A stretch of DNA of 64,000 nucleotides, taken from NCBI GenBank assembly GCA_964646765.1, contig CAZYIA010000003.1:130815-194814 (forward strand). Reading direction: 5' to 3'. This document shows positions 19,007 to 28,704 of this stretch, piece by piece; the stretch's first letter is position 1; each line of letters opens with the position of its first letter. The position numbers and the translations under genes are program-made. The stretch comes from an uncultured Candidatus Saccharibacteria bacterium (GTDB lineage: Bacteria > Patescibacteriota > Minisyncoccia > Phycocordibacterales > UBA9973). The notes beneath the pieces were generated by a model. It was not told where the DNA came from. It did not search any database and saw only the letters and a program-made list of their open reading frames with translations.

Positions 19007-19585
19007 TTATGCCCGTTCGACGTAGTCACCACTTTCGGTATTTACTACGATTTTATCGCCAGCTTCAACGAACAGGGGAGCGTTTACAGTTGCGCCATTA
19101 TCAAGCGTAACAACTTTGTTACCACCAGTACGAGTATCACCTTTAATTGAAGGCGGAGCTTCTTTAACGGTGAAGGTCATTTTAATTGGCAATTTTACAC
19201 TGATGGTTTTTTCTTCGCCATTGTCGTCCCACACAAGAGCTGTGACGAGTTCGTTTTCTTTAAGGAAACGAGAACTGTCACCGATAAGTTCTACATCAAG
19301 TTTAAAGCGATCCTTTGGATTGTTTGGATCACAGAACCAGTATTCACCACGATTATGGTAGAGGAACTTAACCTCTTTTTTTGTGAGATCAGCTTCATCT
19401 GCTGAATCAGCAGCATGGAATGTTGCAGCAAATGTTTTGCCGGTGATCAAACTTTTAAGCTTTGTTTGGTTCTGTGGCTTGCGCTGCTGGGTACGGGCAA
19501 CGTGGGCTTCTACCACTTCACAAGGTTCACCTTCATGAATGATGATTTTCTTTTCGCGGATTTCACTGTAATCAAGCTGTGCCAT
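19007..19585 (-). CDS. efp: Elongation factor P
   Basis: KLKSLITG, FLY...GEYWF.D, KGDT.TGG.K..TL.NG....PLFVEAGD.I.VNT..G.YVERA. Confidence 0.93.
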   Translation of the reverse strand: MAQLDYSEIREKKIIIHEGEPCEVVEAHVARTQQRKPQNQTKLKSLITGKTFAATFHAADSADEADLTKKEVKFLYHNRGEYWFCDPNNPKDRFKLDVELIGDSSRFLKENELVTALVWDDNGEEKTISVKLPIKMTFTVKEAPPSIKGDTRTGGNKVVTLDNGATVNAPLFVEAGDKIVVNTESGDYVERA

Positions 19586-19626
19586 AGGGTATGTATCTAC
19601 TTAGACTAATGGGGGAGATTCTAACA

Positions 19627-19655
19627 GAAAAAGGGCTTTTTTCAAGCCCTTTTTC
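19627..19655 (-). terminator. Intrinsic terminator downstream of recA
   Basis: GAAAAAGGGCTT-TTTTC-AAGCCCTTTTTC. Confidence 0.75.
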
Positions 19656-19665
19656 AAAATCAAAC

Positions 19666-20745
19666 TTATTCTCCAGAGCTGCTTGATGGCTGTAGTTCAC
19701 CAAAGCGCTTTCGAACTTCTTTAGTTAACTCATCACGAAGCTTTTTATTTTCACGGACAAAAATGCGTGAAGCGTCATAGCCACGACCGAGTGGCAATTT
19801 TTCACCATCTTTACCTTTATAGCTGTATGAAGAACCGCTTTTTTCTACGATGCCAAGTTTTTCACCAAGGGCGAGGAGTTCACCTTCAAGCGAAATACCT
19901 TCACCATAAATAATGTCGAATTCGGTTTGTTTAAATGGAGCAGCCACTTTGTTCTTCACTACTTTTACGCGCGTGCGACTACCAACAACGTCTTCACCCT
20001 TTTTAATTTGAGCGATGCGACGAATATCGAGACGTACGGAAGCATAAAACTTGAGTGCTTTTCCACCCGGAGTTGTTTCTGGATTACCAAACATTACACC
20101 AATTTGCATGCGAATTTGGTTAATGAAGATTACTACCGTCTTTGAGCGAGCAACGAGGGCGGTAATTTTTCGAAGTGCCTGAGACATGAGGCGAGCTTGG
20201 CGACCAACATGCTGCTGGTCCATGTCGCCTTCGATTTCTGCTTTTGGGGTGAGTGCTGCGACTGAGTCGATAACAACGACATCAATTTTTCCTGAGCGAA
20301 TGAGTGATTCAGCAATATCGAGGGCCTGTTCACCAGTGTCCGGTTGGGAAATGAGGAGGTTATTGATGTTTACACCGAGCTTCCCAGCATAGTCTGGATC
20401 CATCGCATGTTCAGCATCAATATACGCACAAATACCATTCTTCTTTTGAGCTTCTGCCACGATGTGAAGAGCCAGCGTCGTTTTACCTGAAGATTCCGGG
20501 CCAAAAATTTCAATAATACGGCCACGGGGAACGCCACCAACACCAAGTGCCATATCAAGTCCCAAGCTTCCTGTTGGAATGACATTAATGTCCACTTTCG
20601 GCGCATCACCTAATTTCATGATGGCACCTTCGCCGAATTTGGTTTGGATAGAACGAATGGTATCGCGGATATCTTCAATACTACCAGTTGATTCAGTTCT
20701 AATACCGCTTGCTTTTGGTTCTTTTTCTTTCTTTTTTTTCTGCAT
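19666..20745 (-). CDS. recA: Recombinase RecA
   Basis: [45 protein letters not shown]; alternative start GTG 20751. Confidence 0.98.
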   Translation of the reverse strand: MQKKKKEKEPKASGIRTESTGSIEDIRDTIRSIQTKFGEGAIMKLGDAPKVDINVIPTGSLGLDMALGVGGVPRGRIIEIFGPESSGKTTLALHIVAEAQKKNGICAYIDAEHAMDPDYAGKLGVNINNLLISQPDTGEQALDIAESLIRSGKIDVVVIDSVAALTPKAEIEGDMDQQHVGRQARLMSQALRKITALVARSKTVVIFINQIRMQIGVMFGNPETTPGGKALKFYASVRLDIRRIAQIKKGEDVVGSRTRVKVVKNKVAAPFKQTEFDIIYGEGISLEGELLALGEKLGIVEKSGSSYSYKGKDGEKLPLGRGYDASRIFVRENKKLRDELTKEVRKRFGELQPSSSSGE

Positions 20746-20797
20746 AGTCACTTAAAAATACTTATAAAGTTGTAGAACTCTCAGTGGGAGAGTGCCG

Positions 20798-21187
20798 TTA
20801 TAATCCGGAAACGTCTGCCGGTGCCTGCGCGACAGCGGTTGCCGTACTAGGAGTGTAGTACGTTGCGAATGTTTTCTCAACAACGTGCCCAAAGAGATCT
20901 TTTGAGCGTACTGAAACAACATTGTAACCAGGAACAAGAATGAGTGTGTCAGAGAATGCTCCAGAAAGTTCAGTAGGGATCATGCGACCGTTTACTGAAA
21001 GTTCTTTAGCACGTTTTGCTACACCAGTAAGAGTAAGGACACCACTGGATTGTCCGTTAGAGATTCCTTTTAGAGAGAGACCTGCACCAAATACTAAGTC
21101 TTTTGTCCGAAAAAGAGCGTATACGACAACAACCAGGAGTAACATGACTCCAAAGATGCTTCCAATACGACGAACAACAAGTGGCAT
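20798..21187 (-). CDS. Small membrane-anchored Ig-like protein
   Basis: N-terminal TM helix then beta pattern L.VNG.......G.F...L.L.PGYN.V.V...D.FG; upstream TGATATAAT. Confidence 0.6.
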   Translation of the reverse strand: MPLVVRRIGSIFGVMLLLVVVVYALFRTKDLVFGAGLSLKGISNGQSSGVLTLTGVAKRAKELSVNGRMIPTELSGAFSDTLILVPGYNVVSVRSKDLFGHVVEKTFATYYTPSTATAVAQAPADVSGL

Positions 21188-21256
21188 ACAGGCTTAACTA
21201 ATGGACATTATATCAAATAAAGGACTAGCGATAAACAAAGAAGAATCTGTGGAGAA

Positions 21257-23461
21257 CTATTGGAATCCAGTGCGATCCTCCGAGACGCTCTTTTCGATGA
21301 CTTCGCGAGGTTTAGCTCCAGAACCAGGGCCAACTACTCCTCGTTCTTCTAATATGTCTATTAATCGGGCTGCTCGAGCATAGCCAATACCAAGCTTTCG
21401 CTGGAGGAATGAGGTAGAGGCTTTCTGAGCTTCAATCACTGTCTGGCGGGCTTCTTCGTAAAGTTCATCATCGGCTTCATCACTATCGCTACCAATAGAA
21501 GCTTCAAAGATTGATTTATCAGCACCGATATTGTTGCCAGAGAGGGAAAGTTCGCCACCAGCATCATCTGAGTGATCAATAATAAACTTCACTACTGATT
21601 TCACTTCATTTTCAGAAATAAAGGCACTCTGGAGACGTTCAGGGGTAGCCATATCACCAGCACTCCAGAGCATGTCACCAGCGCCAAGGAGTTTTTCGGC
21701 TCCACCAGCATCTAATATAGTGCGAGAGTCAATTTGTGAAGCAACCTGAAGCGCTACACGAGCAGGAATGTTTGCCTTAATCAAACCAGTAATAACGTTT
21801 ACGGATGGGCGCTGGGTAGAAAGAATAAGGTGAATACCAACGGCGCGAGACATTTGGGCAAGGCGGACAATAGCGCTCTCAAGCTCACGTGGATAGCTCT
21901 GCATAATATCGGCAAGTTCGTCGATCACGATAACGATGTAGGCAAGTGGGCCAGCTTCTTCCGCTCCTTCCTCACTCTCATTCTTTGATTTACCTTCAAA
22001 GATTCCGTTGTAGCTTTCAATATCGCGTGCTCGTGCTTTTTCGAGCATGTCGTAGCGGCGATCCATTTCTTTTGCCGCCCACTTCAGAGCGAGAATAGCT
22101 TTCTTCGGATCAGTAATAACTGGCGTTAAGAGGTGGGGGATACCATTATAGAGAGTAAGTTCTACGCGCTTTGGGTCAATAAAAATGAAGCGAAGGTCAT
22201 CAGGGCCGTTTCTATAGAGAAGGGACGTAATAACTGAGTGAATGGTCACCGACTTTCCAGAGCCTGTGGCACCAGCAATAAGAGCATGTGGCATCTTGGC
22301 AACGTTTGAAATGATAGCGCCGCCAGAAATGTTACGGCCAAGAGCAACCATCAAACGCTTCTCACTGCCAGAGAATGTTGGATCGCCTAAGAGAGTAGCA
22401 AGACCAACAATAGATTTTGCTTTGTTAGGGATTTCAATACCAACGAGTGATTTACCAGGAATTGGCGCTTCGATACGAATTGGGTGAGCAGCAAGTGCGA
22501 GGGCCAAGTCATTTTGAAGACCAACGATACGTGAGAGCTTCACACCCTCAGCCGGTTTTAAAGCATAGCGGGTAACTGTTGGGCCAACGGTAATTTCATC
22601 CATCTCAACTTCAATGCCGAAGGTCTGAAGTGTGCGCTTAATGATATTAGCGTTTGCTTTGATGTCACCGGTGTTTGGCTTGCCGCGGTCACCAGCTAAA
22701 AGTGAAAGTGGGGGAGCGATGTAGTCAGTGTGGCGACGTTTTGCTTTTTTGGGAGCCGGAGTTTCTTCGAGTTCATCCTCTTCCTCAATGGGTTCTGTTT
22801 CAGGTTCTTCTTTAGTAGTTTCTGGTAGAGGAGTTTTGGTTTCGAGTGCTGCTTCTGCGTTCTCAATATGTTCTGCCTCACGAGCTTCTTTTGCTTTTTC
22901 TTCACGGTCATTTTTCCATGAGGTAAATTTCTCGAACAAGTGTATGAATGGTGTACCGATCAAACTCCAATCAGGCACGGTATTCATAAGTACCATGATG
23001 CCGATCAGTAGAATGCCACCTAAAATAAGAACTGAAGCGAATGGACCAAAAAGTGAAATGAATGGGTACGCGACACCGCGACCAATGAGTCCACCTTGAG
23101 TACCGGTTGCAAGTTGTACTAATGCTAATCCAGAACCCAAAAAGAGAACTGACCCGATTGCGTGAGAGAGCGCAATTTTTGGTCGCTCAGCTTGAATAAA
23201 CGAAGCACCTAAAATGAGGGCAAGTACTGGTAGTAAAAAGTAACCAATACCAAAGAGAGCGGAAAAAATTTTATACAAAAATGCACCACCTGCACCCGCA
23301 CCTTGAAAGGCTGCCAAAATGAGAATGAGAGCGGCGACAAACCAGATAACACCATAAATGCCATGTCGTGCTTCAGACGAGAGAAAACGATCCTCTTTTG
23401 AGGAATCTCTTCGTCGCTTTTCTTTTTTTTCTCCACCCTTTTCTTCCTCTTTTTTTGCCAT
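21257..23461 (-). CDS. ftsK: DNA translocase FtsK/SpoIIIE
   Basis: N-terminal TM domain, GPTVTRY, PH.LIAGATGSGKS, IDELAD, TQRPSV, gamma-domain STSFLQRKLGIGYARAARLID. Confidence 0.96.
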   Translation of the reverse strand: MAKKEEEKGGEKKEKRRRDSSKEDRFLSSEARHGIYGVIWFVAALILILAAFQGAGAGGAFLYKIFSALFGIGYFLLPVLALILGASFIQAERPKIALSHAIGSVLFLGSGLALVQLATGTQGGLIGRGVAYPFISLFGPFASVLILGGILLIGIMVLMNTVPDWSLIGTPFIHLFEKFTSWKNDREEKAKEAREAEHIENAEAALETKTPLPETTKEEPETEPIEEEDELEETPAPKKAKRRHTDYIAPPLSLLAGDRGKPNTGDIKANANIIKRTLQTFGIEVEMDEITVGPTVTRYALKPAEGVKLSRIVGLQNDLALALAAHPIRIEAPIPGKSLVGIEIPNKAKSIVGLATLLGDPTFSGSEKRLMVALGRNISGGAIISNVAKMPHALIAGATGSGKSVTIHSVITSLLYRNGPDDLRFIFIDPKRVELTLYNGIPHLLTPVITDPKKAILALKWAAKEMDRRYDMLEKARARDIESYNGIFEGKSKNESEEGAEEAGPLAYIVIVIDELADIMQSYPRELESAIVRLAQMSRAVGIHLILSTQRPSVNVITGLIKANIPARVALQVASQIDSRTILDAGGAEKLLGAGDMLWSAGDMATPERLQSAFISENEVKSVVKFIIDHSDDAGGELSLSGNNIGADKSIFEASIGSDSDEADDELYEEARQTVIEAQKASTSFLQRKLGIGYARAARLIDILEERGVVGPGSGAKPREVIEKSVSEDRTGFQ

Positions 23462-23588
23462 TGCCAATCAGATTATGGATACGTTTTTCTCAAATACGAG
23501 CTCTATTTTAGCACATAGAGTTCGTAGAACTTCAAAGAAGGATTTTTTGTATCAAGAGTTAATTGTAGCCACTTGCTCTTAAAAATTT

Positions 23589-24464
23589 TGTCCTGTATAG
23601 TCCTTTTACTGACCGATAGATTTTCTGTCTTTTTGGAGAAAAAACCTATTGGACAAGGTAAAGGACACCTATACTTTATGGATAAAGACAACTCACTCAA
23701 TCCCTACAACAACCTTTCTCTTTCAAGCCTTTCTAAAAGGACAGGTAAGGTAGTAACTGCCCTTTACCTTGTTACTAATTGTATTGATGACCGTGAATCT
23801 ATGAAGGGTCGTCTTCGAGCCCTCGGGGTTGATCTTGTTTCTCAAGTTTCTTTTGCTGAAAAATCATCATCTTTTGATCGTGGTATTAGTCTCGCTGAGG
23901 CGGCATTAGTACTTTCCGAAATGAGTGTCTTGCTCTCCATCGCTGGATCAGTTTCTCTTATTTCTGAAATGAACGCTTCCGTACTTTTGGGGGCAATTGA
24001 CCGCTTGCGGGAAGCCTTTGAAAAAGGTGGAGCTAACAGCTTCGGACTTCCGGATGTTGATCGTGCCAGTGGCACATTTATGATCACCGAAGATATGCTC
24101 CGTGATGATCCTGAAAAAGAATTACCAGCACCTCATCAGCACACTAAAAATTTTTCTATAAAGGACAAACAGGTTACGCACCACAACGACTCTAAAGGAC
24201 AAAAAAAGACAACCGAAAAAGTTCTTGAAGCAGCTCCATCTCGGACAAATCGTCGTGATGAAATCATCTCAATTGTCCGACAGAAAAAAGAGGTTAGTGT
24301 AAAAGACGTTTGCAGCTTATTTGCTAACTGCAGTGAAAAAACTATCCAACGTGAACTCTTGGCTCTTGTTGCTGAGGGTGTTTTAAAGAAAAGTGGAGAG
24401 AAGCGCTGGAGTCGATATTCTATCCGATAGATCGTCCTTTAGTGTCTTTATAAAAGACATGTCC
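23589..24464. repeat. Array of ~14 TAAARGACA-like motifs around and inside the wHTH gene
   Basis: Copies starting at 23589(-), 23599(-), 23626(-), 23647, 23659, 23682, 23735, 24159, 24193, 24203, 24300, 24433(-), 24443(-), 24451. Confidence 0.7.
23678..24430 (+). CDS. Protein with N-terminal helical bundle and C-terminal DeoR-like winged HTH
   Basis: C-terminal RRDEIISIVRQKKEVSVKDVCSLFANCSEKTIQRELLALVAEGVLKKSGEKRWSRY; ATG 23678. Confidence 0.8.
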   Translation: MDKDNSLNPYNNLSLSSLSKRTGKVVTALYLVTNCIDDRESMKGRLRALGVDLVSQVSFAEKSSSFDRGISLAEAALVLSEMSVLLSIAGSVSLISEMNASVLLGAIDRLREAFEKGGANSFGLPDVDRASGTFMITEDMLRDDPEKELPAPHQHTKNFSIKDKQVTHHNDSKGQKKTTEKVLEAAPSRTNRRDEIISIVRQKKEVSVKDVCSLFANCSEKTIQRELLALVAEGVLKKSGEKRWSRYSIR

Positions 24465-24709
24465 AAAGTGCGGGGGAGGATCTTTATTTTGTAATTTTTA
24501 AAGCCTGATTGCGTCTCTATATAGGTAATCTCATGGTGGTGTGTGTCTAAGCGTTAAAATTGCTTTTCGCTCAAAACTGTGCGATTATGGCCGTGTGGGA
24601 AACAACTCTCTAAAAAGCTCGGTCTAACAGCCTGGCTCTTTATTGACTGCTGTTTTCCACATATACCTTTATTTGGTTTTACGACCTTGTGAAGGCTATA
24701 CTATATATT

Positions 24710-25217
24710 GTACGGAGCGCGCTTCTCTAGTGTCCCGTACAACAGAGCATATTTTTAGCCGAAGTAGACTGATAGGATCTACTCGGCCTTCAAGGTATGT
24801 TCCGGATCGATCATTGAAAATTGCACATTGTTTATTCTGCGGTATCTCGCAGAAACAATTCAGTTTTCTGTTTTATTTTTGTGAAAAATTTTTTACAAAA
24901 ATAAAAGTATGGTCGATCTGTTCTGAATGTCTCCGTCTTGCAGCGTGAACATTCATCACTTCACACAATAAAATGTGTGCAAGTAATCGGCCCTGTCGAC
25001 AAGGCAGATTACTCAAGAGCACGAACAGTGTTCTCGAGTTTCTCAAAAATGTTCGCAAGAACATTTTCTATGTGGTTATCTCTACTCCATTCAAAAGTAG
25101 GGAATGCACGGTATGTGTTGTCGAACACACAAGTAAGTGCATCTTCATAATGGATAGAATGTTTGAGTCAGATCTCAATTACACACTGCTCACTCGTTTC
25201 TATTCACGAATTTTATT
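24710..25217 (+). promoter_or_regulatory. Long structured 5' leader of the S-layer-like gene with a boxA-like site
   Basis: Candidate -10 TATACT at 24697-24702; GATCATTGAAAA at 24809-24820; series of hairpins across about 24829-25135. Confidence 0.5.
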
Positions 25218-28200
25218 ATGACTACATTCATTAACTCAAAGGCTCTCAAAGTTGCCCTCGGGTTGGTAGTTGCTCTTGCATTCGTAGCTTCAGCTGCATC
25301 TGCACAGGCATATACCTTCACTCGCACCTTGAAAAAAGGTATGAGTGGTGCTGATGTTAAGGCTGCTCAGCAGATCCTTAACTCAACCCAATACAAAGTG
25401 GCAGCTTCTGGTGTTGGTTCAACTGGTCACGAAACTCTCTACTTCGGTGCAGCTACCGAAGCAGCAGTTAAAGCTTTCCAGGTTGGAAACAACATCGTAG
25501 GACCAGGTGTTGCTGGTTACGGTTGGATTGGCCCTCGCACCCAGCTCGCTCTCAACAACGTTGGTTCAGGTTCAGGTAACCAGGGTGGCAGTAGTAACTG
25601 TCAGCCAGGATGGCTCTTCAACCCTTACACTAACCAGCCTTGTTCTGGTGGTAGTAACGGTGGTCCAGTTGTTGCTGGTGCTGTATCTGCTTCTCTTGCT
25701 ACTGACAACCCAGCTTCTGGATACCTCGCAACTGGTACTGCAAACAACCCAGTTCTCAAGGTTTCAATTGCTAACGGTAGTTCAGCTTCAGTTAACGTAA
25801 CTGGCATTAAACTCACGAAGTCTGGTTTCTACACCAACACTGACGTGACTGGTGTTGCTGCTTACGATGCTGCTGGCGTTCGCCACGGTAACGTTATCTC
25901 TAGTCTCGGTTTCGACGGTTCAGCATTGCTTACATTTAGCTCTGATCCAATCGTTGTTCCAGCTGGATCTTCAACAACTGTTACCTTCCGTATCAACCTT
26001 TCTGGTTCAAACACTGGAACTATCAGCTTCGGCGTCATGAATCCTGCAACGGATATCATGCTCTCTGCTGGTGCTGCTTCTGGTTCAGCTGTTATGGGTA
26101 ACCTCTTCAGTGTTGTTAACGGTGGAACAAACATCGCTTCAGTTACTGTTGACGTACAACCAGTTAACCCAACTGGCGTACAGGTTAACGCTGATGGTAC
26201 TTCAGTTCAGACTATTACTAAGTTCCGTGTTACAAACACAGGTGCTGGTACTGAAGATGCTAAGCTCTTCAAGCTTACTCTTTGGAACAACGGTAATGCT
26301 GCTGATACCGACCTCAAGGACGTTCAGCTCTTTGACCAGACAAATAACCTTCTTGCAACTACTCAGATGAGTAACAAGATGGCAACGTTTGATCTCTCGG
26401 CTGCTCCTTACCTCATCGCTCAGGGCCAGTCTAAGGACTTCACCGTAAAGGCTAAGTTCGTTAACGGTGCATCTCGCACAGTTCAATTTGTAGTCTACAA
26501 TGACTACGATCTTGATGTTCGCGGTGCAACTACCATGGCTTCTGTTCTCCCAACTCACCCAATTGGTTACGACACAACTGTCGGATTCCCAGTTGGTGAC
26601 CAGTCATCAACCTACAACAAGGTTACGATCGGTTCTGGAAGTCTTGTTCTTTCTCGCGCAAGTGACTCACCAGCTACTTCAGTAGTTCCTGGTGCAAGTA
26701 ACATTGTGCTTGCTAAGTACATCGCTCGCCCAGTTGGTGAAAACATGGAAGTACGCGGTATGTCATTCGGTATTGACCAGAGTGCTGGTTCTGCCGTAAA
26801 CCTTACTGGTACTGTATACGTAAAGGTAAACGGTGCTATCGTCTTCAGTGGTGCTGCTTCTGGCTTTGCTAACAACGGTACTGCTGCTGCTCGTTCACTT
26901 TCTTCTTACCCAATATTAACTGCTGGTGTTGATAACGCTATCGAAATTAGCGCAACGCTCAGTTCTTCAGCTGACGCTACTGACGCTTACCAGGTAAAGG
27001 GCTTTGACATCACTTCAGTTAAGCGCCTCATTACTAATGATATCTATGATCCATTGGTAAGTGGACAGGATGGTTTCAACCGTGCTGTTCAGGCTGCTTC
27101 TCTCACTGTAACTACTCTTACGACTCCGGTTGCAACAACCATCGTTCCTGGTGCTGTTGATGCTCCTCTCGCAAGTGTCCAGTTCAACGCAAGTTCTTCT
27201 GGTGAACCAGTTCAGGTTTCTTCACTTGTTGTCACTGACACCAAGGGTACAAACGCTGTATACACTGATGTATACAACCTTGTCATGAAGGATGCTTCTG
27301 GTCAGGTTCTTACAACCACCTCTTCAACGACAACCAACGCTAACACTGTTACGTTTGATTTCACAAATCCGATTATGGTAAACGCAACCACTCCGGTTAC
27401 TGCTTACCTCTACGGTAGTGTTATCTCTGGCGCAACAGCTGGCTCAGGTGCTAACTACGCTCACACCTTCAAGGTAAGCTCAGTTACTGCAACTGGTGCT
27501 ACAACCGGTAACTCAATTGGCTCTCCGAGCTATGTTGGTTCTGGTCAGGCTATGGTTATCAACAGTGGTGGTACTCTCACACTTTCAACTGTTACTGGCG
27601 CAAACGCTACTCCTTCTACTTCACAGCTCGTTTCTGTAGGTCAGATGGACGGTGTTTACCTCGCTGGTCGCTTTACAGCACAGTACGAAGGTCAGAAGAT
27701 TACCTCTCTCACTCTTGAGGCTGCTGGTTCTAACTTGAACTCAAACAACATCAAGAACATCCGTCTCTACGCTCAGAACGGTAGTGGTTCTCTCTCGGCT
27801 GCAACTATGCCGTTTGCAACCATTTCACAGTTCACCTGTGCTGGAAACGTTTGTTCATACACTCTCACCAACAATGACAATGTTCTTCCGATGACGATTA
27901 ACCCGGGTACTCCAGTTACTCTCTTCGTTAAGGCTGACATCGAAGGTGAAGGTGTTGCAAACCTCGGTGATGACTTCTACTTCCGTGTACAAAACGGTGC
28001 AGACGTTGTTGCTAAGGGTGCTTTGAGCCAGGCTGCAACTTCAGAATCTGGTAACTTCAATGACTCTGCAACCGCTAAGTCATTCATCGTTCCATTCTCA
28101 GTTGTAACTTCAGGTTCATACCCTACAGAAGGTTCATCAACAACCACAACGGTTGCTGCTGGTTCAACTCTCGCTCGCTTCAAGGTTTCAAACCTTGGTA

Positions 28201-28613
28201 ACGCGCAGGTTACGCTTACTGACTTCAAAGTAACTGACAGTGGCTCAAACAGCCTCACAGTTGCTGGTGGAGACACGTACGCTCTCTACGCTTCAAACGA
28301 AAACGGTAGCAGCTATCTTGCTAACGCTCTCGGAAACGTAGACCCAGCTGGTGCTGTTTCAAACTGGACTGGTTTGACAACAACCATCAACGGTAACTCA
28401 TTCCGTTACTTCACAGTTGTTCTCAATGACGCTACTGGTGCTGCTTCAGGTGATAACTGGGCATTCTCAGTTGCTGCTCTTGGCGACGTTAAGTACTCGG
28501 CTGACGAAACCAACCTCGGTTACGATGGTAACCAGGACGGTGACCTTGGTGACACTATCAGTGGTCTCTACACTGACGGTAAGCCAACAGTTGGTACAAT
28601 CAACAAGCAATAA
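25218..28613 (+). CDS. Large secreted S-layer-like protein with N-terminal peptidoglycan-binding domain
   Basis: Signal peptide ending AASA; FTRTLKKGMSGADVK...YFGAATEAAVKAFQ...GPRT PG-binding motif; S/T/G/A/V-rich beta domains; strong GCT/GGT/AAC/TTC codon bias. Confidence 0.8.
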   Translation: MTTFINSKALKVALGLVVALAFVASAASAQAYTFTRTLKKGMSGADVKAAQQILNSTQYKVAASGVGSTGHETLYFGAATEAAVKAFQVGNNIVGPGVAGYGWIGPRTQLALNNVGSGSGNQGGSSNCQPGWLFNPYTNQPCSGGSNGGPVVAGAVSASLATDNPASGYLATGTANNPVLKVSIANGSSASVNVTGIKLTKSGFYTNTDVTGVAAYDAAGVRHGNVISSLGFDGSALLTFSSDPIVVPAGSSTTVTFRINLSGSNTGTISFGVMNPATDIMLSAGAASGSAVMGNLFSVVNGGTNIASVTVDVQPVNPTGVQVNADGTSVQTITKFRVTNTGAGTEDAKLFKLTLWNNGNAADTDLKDVQLFDQTNNLLATTQMSNKMATFDLSAAPYLIAQGQSKDFTVKAKFVNGASRTVQFVVYNDYDLDVRGATTMASVLPTHPIGYDTTVGFPVGDQSSTYNKVTIGSGSLVLSRASDSPATSVVPGASNIVLAKYIARPVGENMEVRGMSFGIDQSAGSAVNLTGTVYVKVNGAIVFSGAASGFANNGTAAARSLSSYPILTAGVDNAIEISATLSSSADATDAYQVKGFDITSVKRLITNDIYDPLVSGQDGFNRAVQAASLTVTTLTTPVATTIVPGAVDAPLASVQFNASSSGEPVQVSSLVVTDTKGTNAVYTDVYNLVMKDASGQVLTTTSSTTTNANTVTFDFTNPIMVNATTPVTAYLYGSVISGATAGSGANYAHTFKVSSVTATGATTGNSIGSPSYVGSGQAMVINSGGTLTLSTVTGANATPSTSQLVSVGQMDGVYLAGRFTAQYEGQKITSLTLEAAGSNLNSNNIKNIRLYAQNGSGSLSAATMPFATISQFTCAGNVCSYTLTNNDNVLPMTINPGTPVTLFVKADIEGEGVANLGDDFYFRVQNGADVVAKGALSQAATSESGNFNDSATAKSFIVPFSVVTSGSYPTEGSSTTTTVAAGSTLARFKVSNLGNAQVTLTDFKVTDSGSNSLTVAGGDTYALYASNENGSSYLANALGNVDPAGAVSNWTGLTTTINGNSFRYFTVVLNDATGAASGDNWAFSVAALGDVKYSADETNLGYDGNQDGDLGDTISGLYTDGKPTVGTINKQ

Positions 28614-28644
28614 TTGTTGAATCGTTAGTAGGTCGTAACCTACT

Positions 28645-28672
28645 CAAAAACACCCCGAAAGGGGTGTTTTTG
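28645..28672 (+). terminator. Intrinsic terminator
   Basis: CAAAAACACCCC-GAAA-GGGGTGTTTTTG. Confidence 0.88.
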
Positions 28673-28704
28673 TTTTGTCTTGAAATGTGTACAATGGAAA
28701 AACT

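Noticed and set aside
23589-24464. GACA repeats as a CRISPR array
   Set aside because: Units are only ~9 bp, irregularly spaced and in both orientations, and there are no cas genes.
24594-24661. DnaA-box-like 9-mers (TGTGGGAAA, TTTTCCACA) as an oriC
   Set aside because: Only two boxes, one degenerate; no dnaA/dnaN nearby and no switch in gene orientation. Kept only as context for the GACA array.
24643-25221. Short ORFs in the gap before the S-layer-like gene
   Set aside because: Overlapping in several frames with no motifs; the hairpin-rich sequence is better explained as non-coding.
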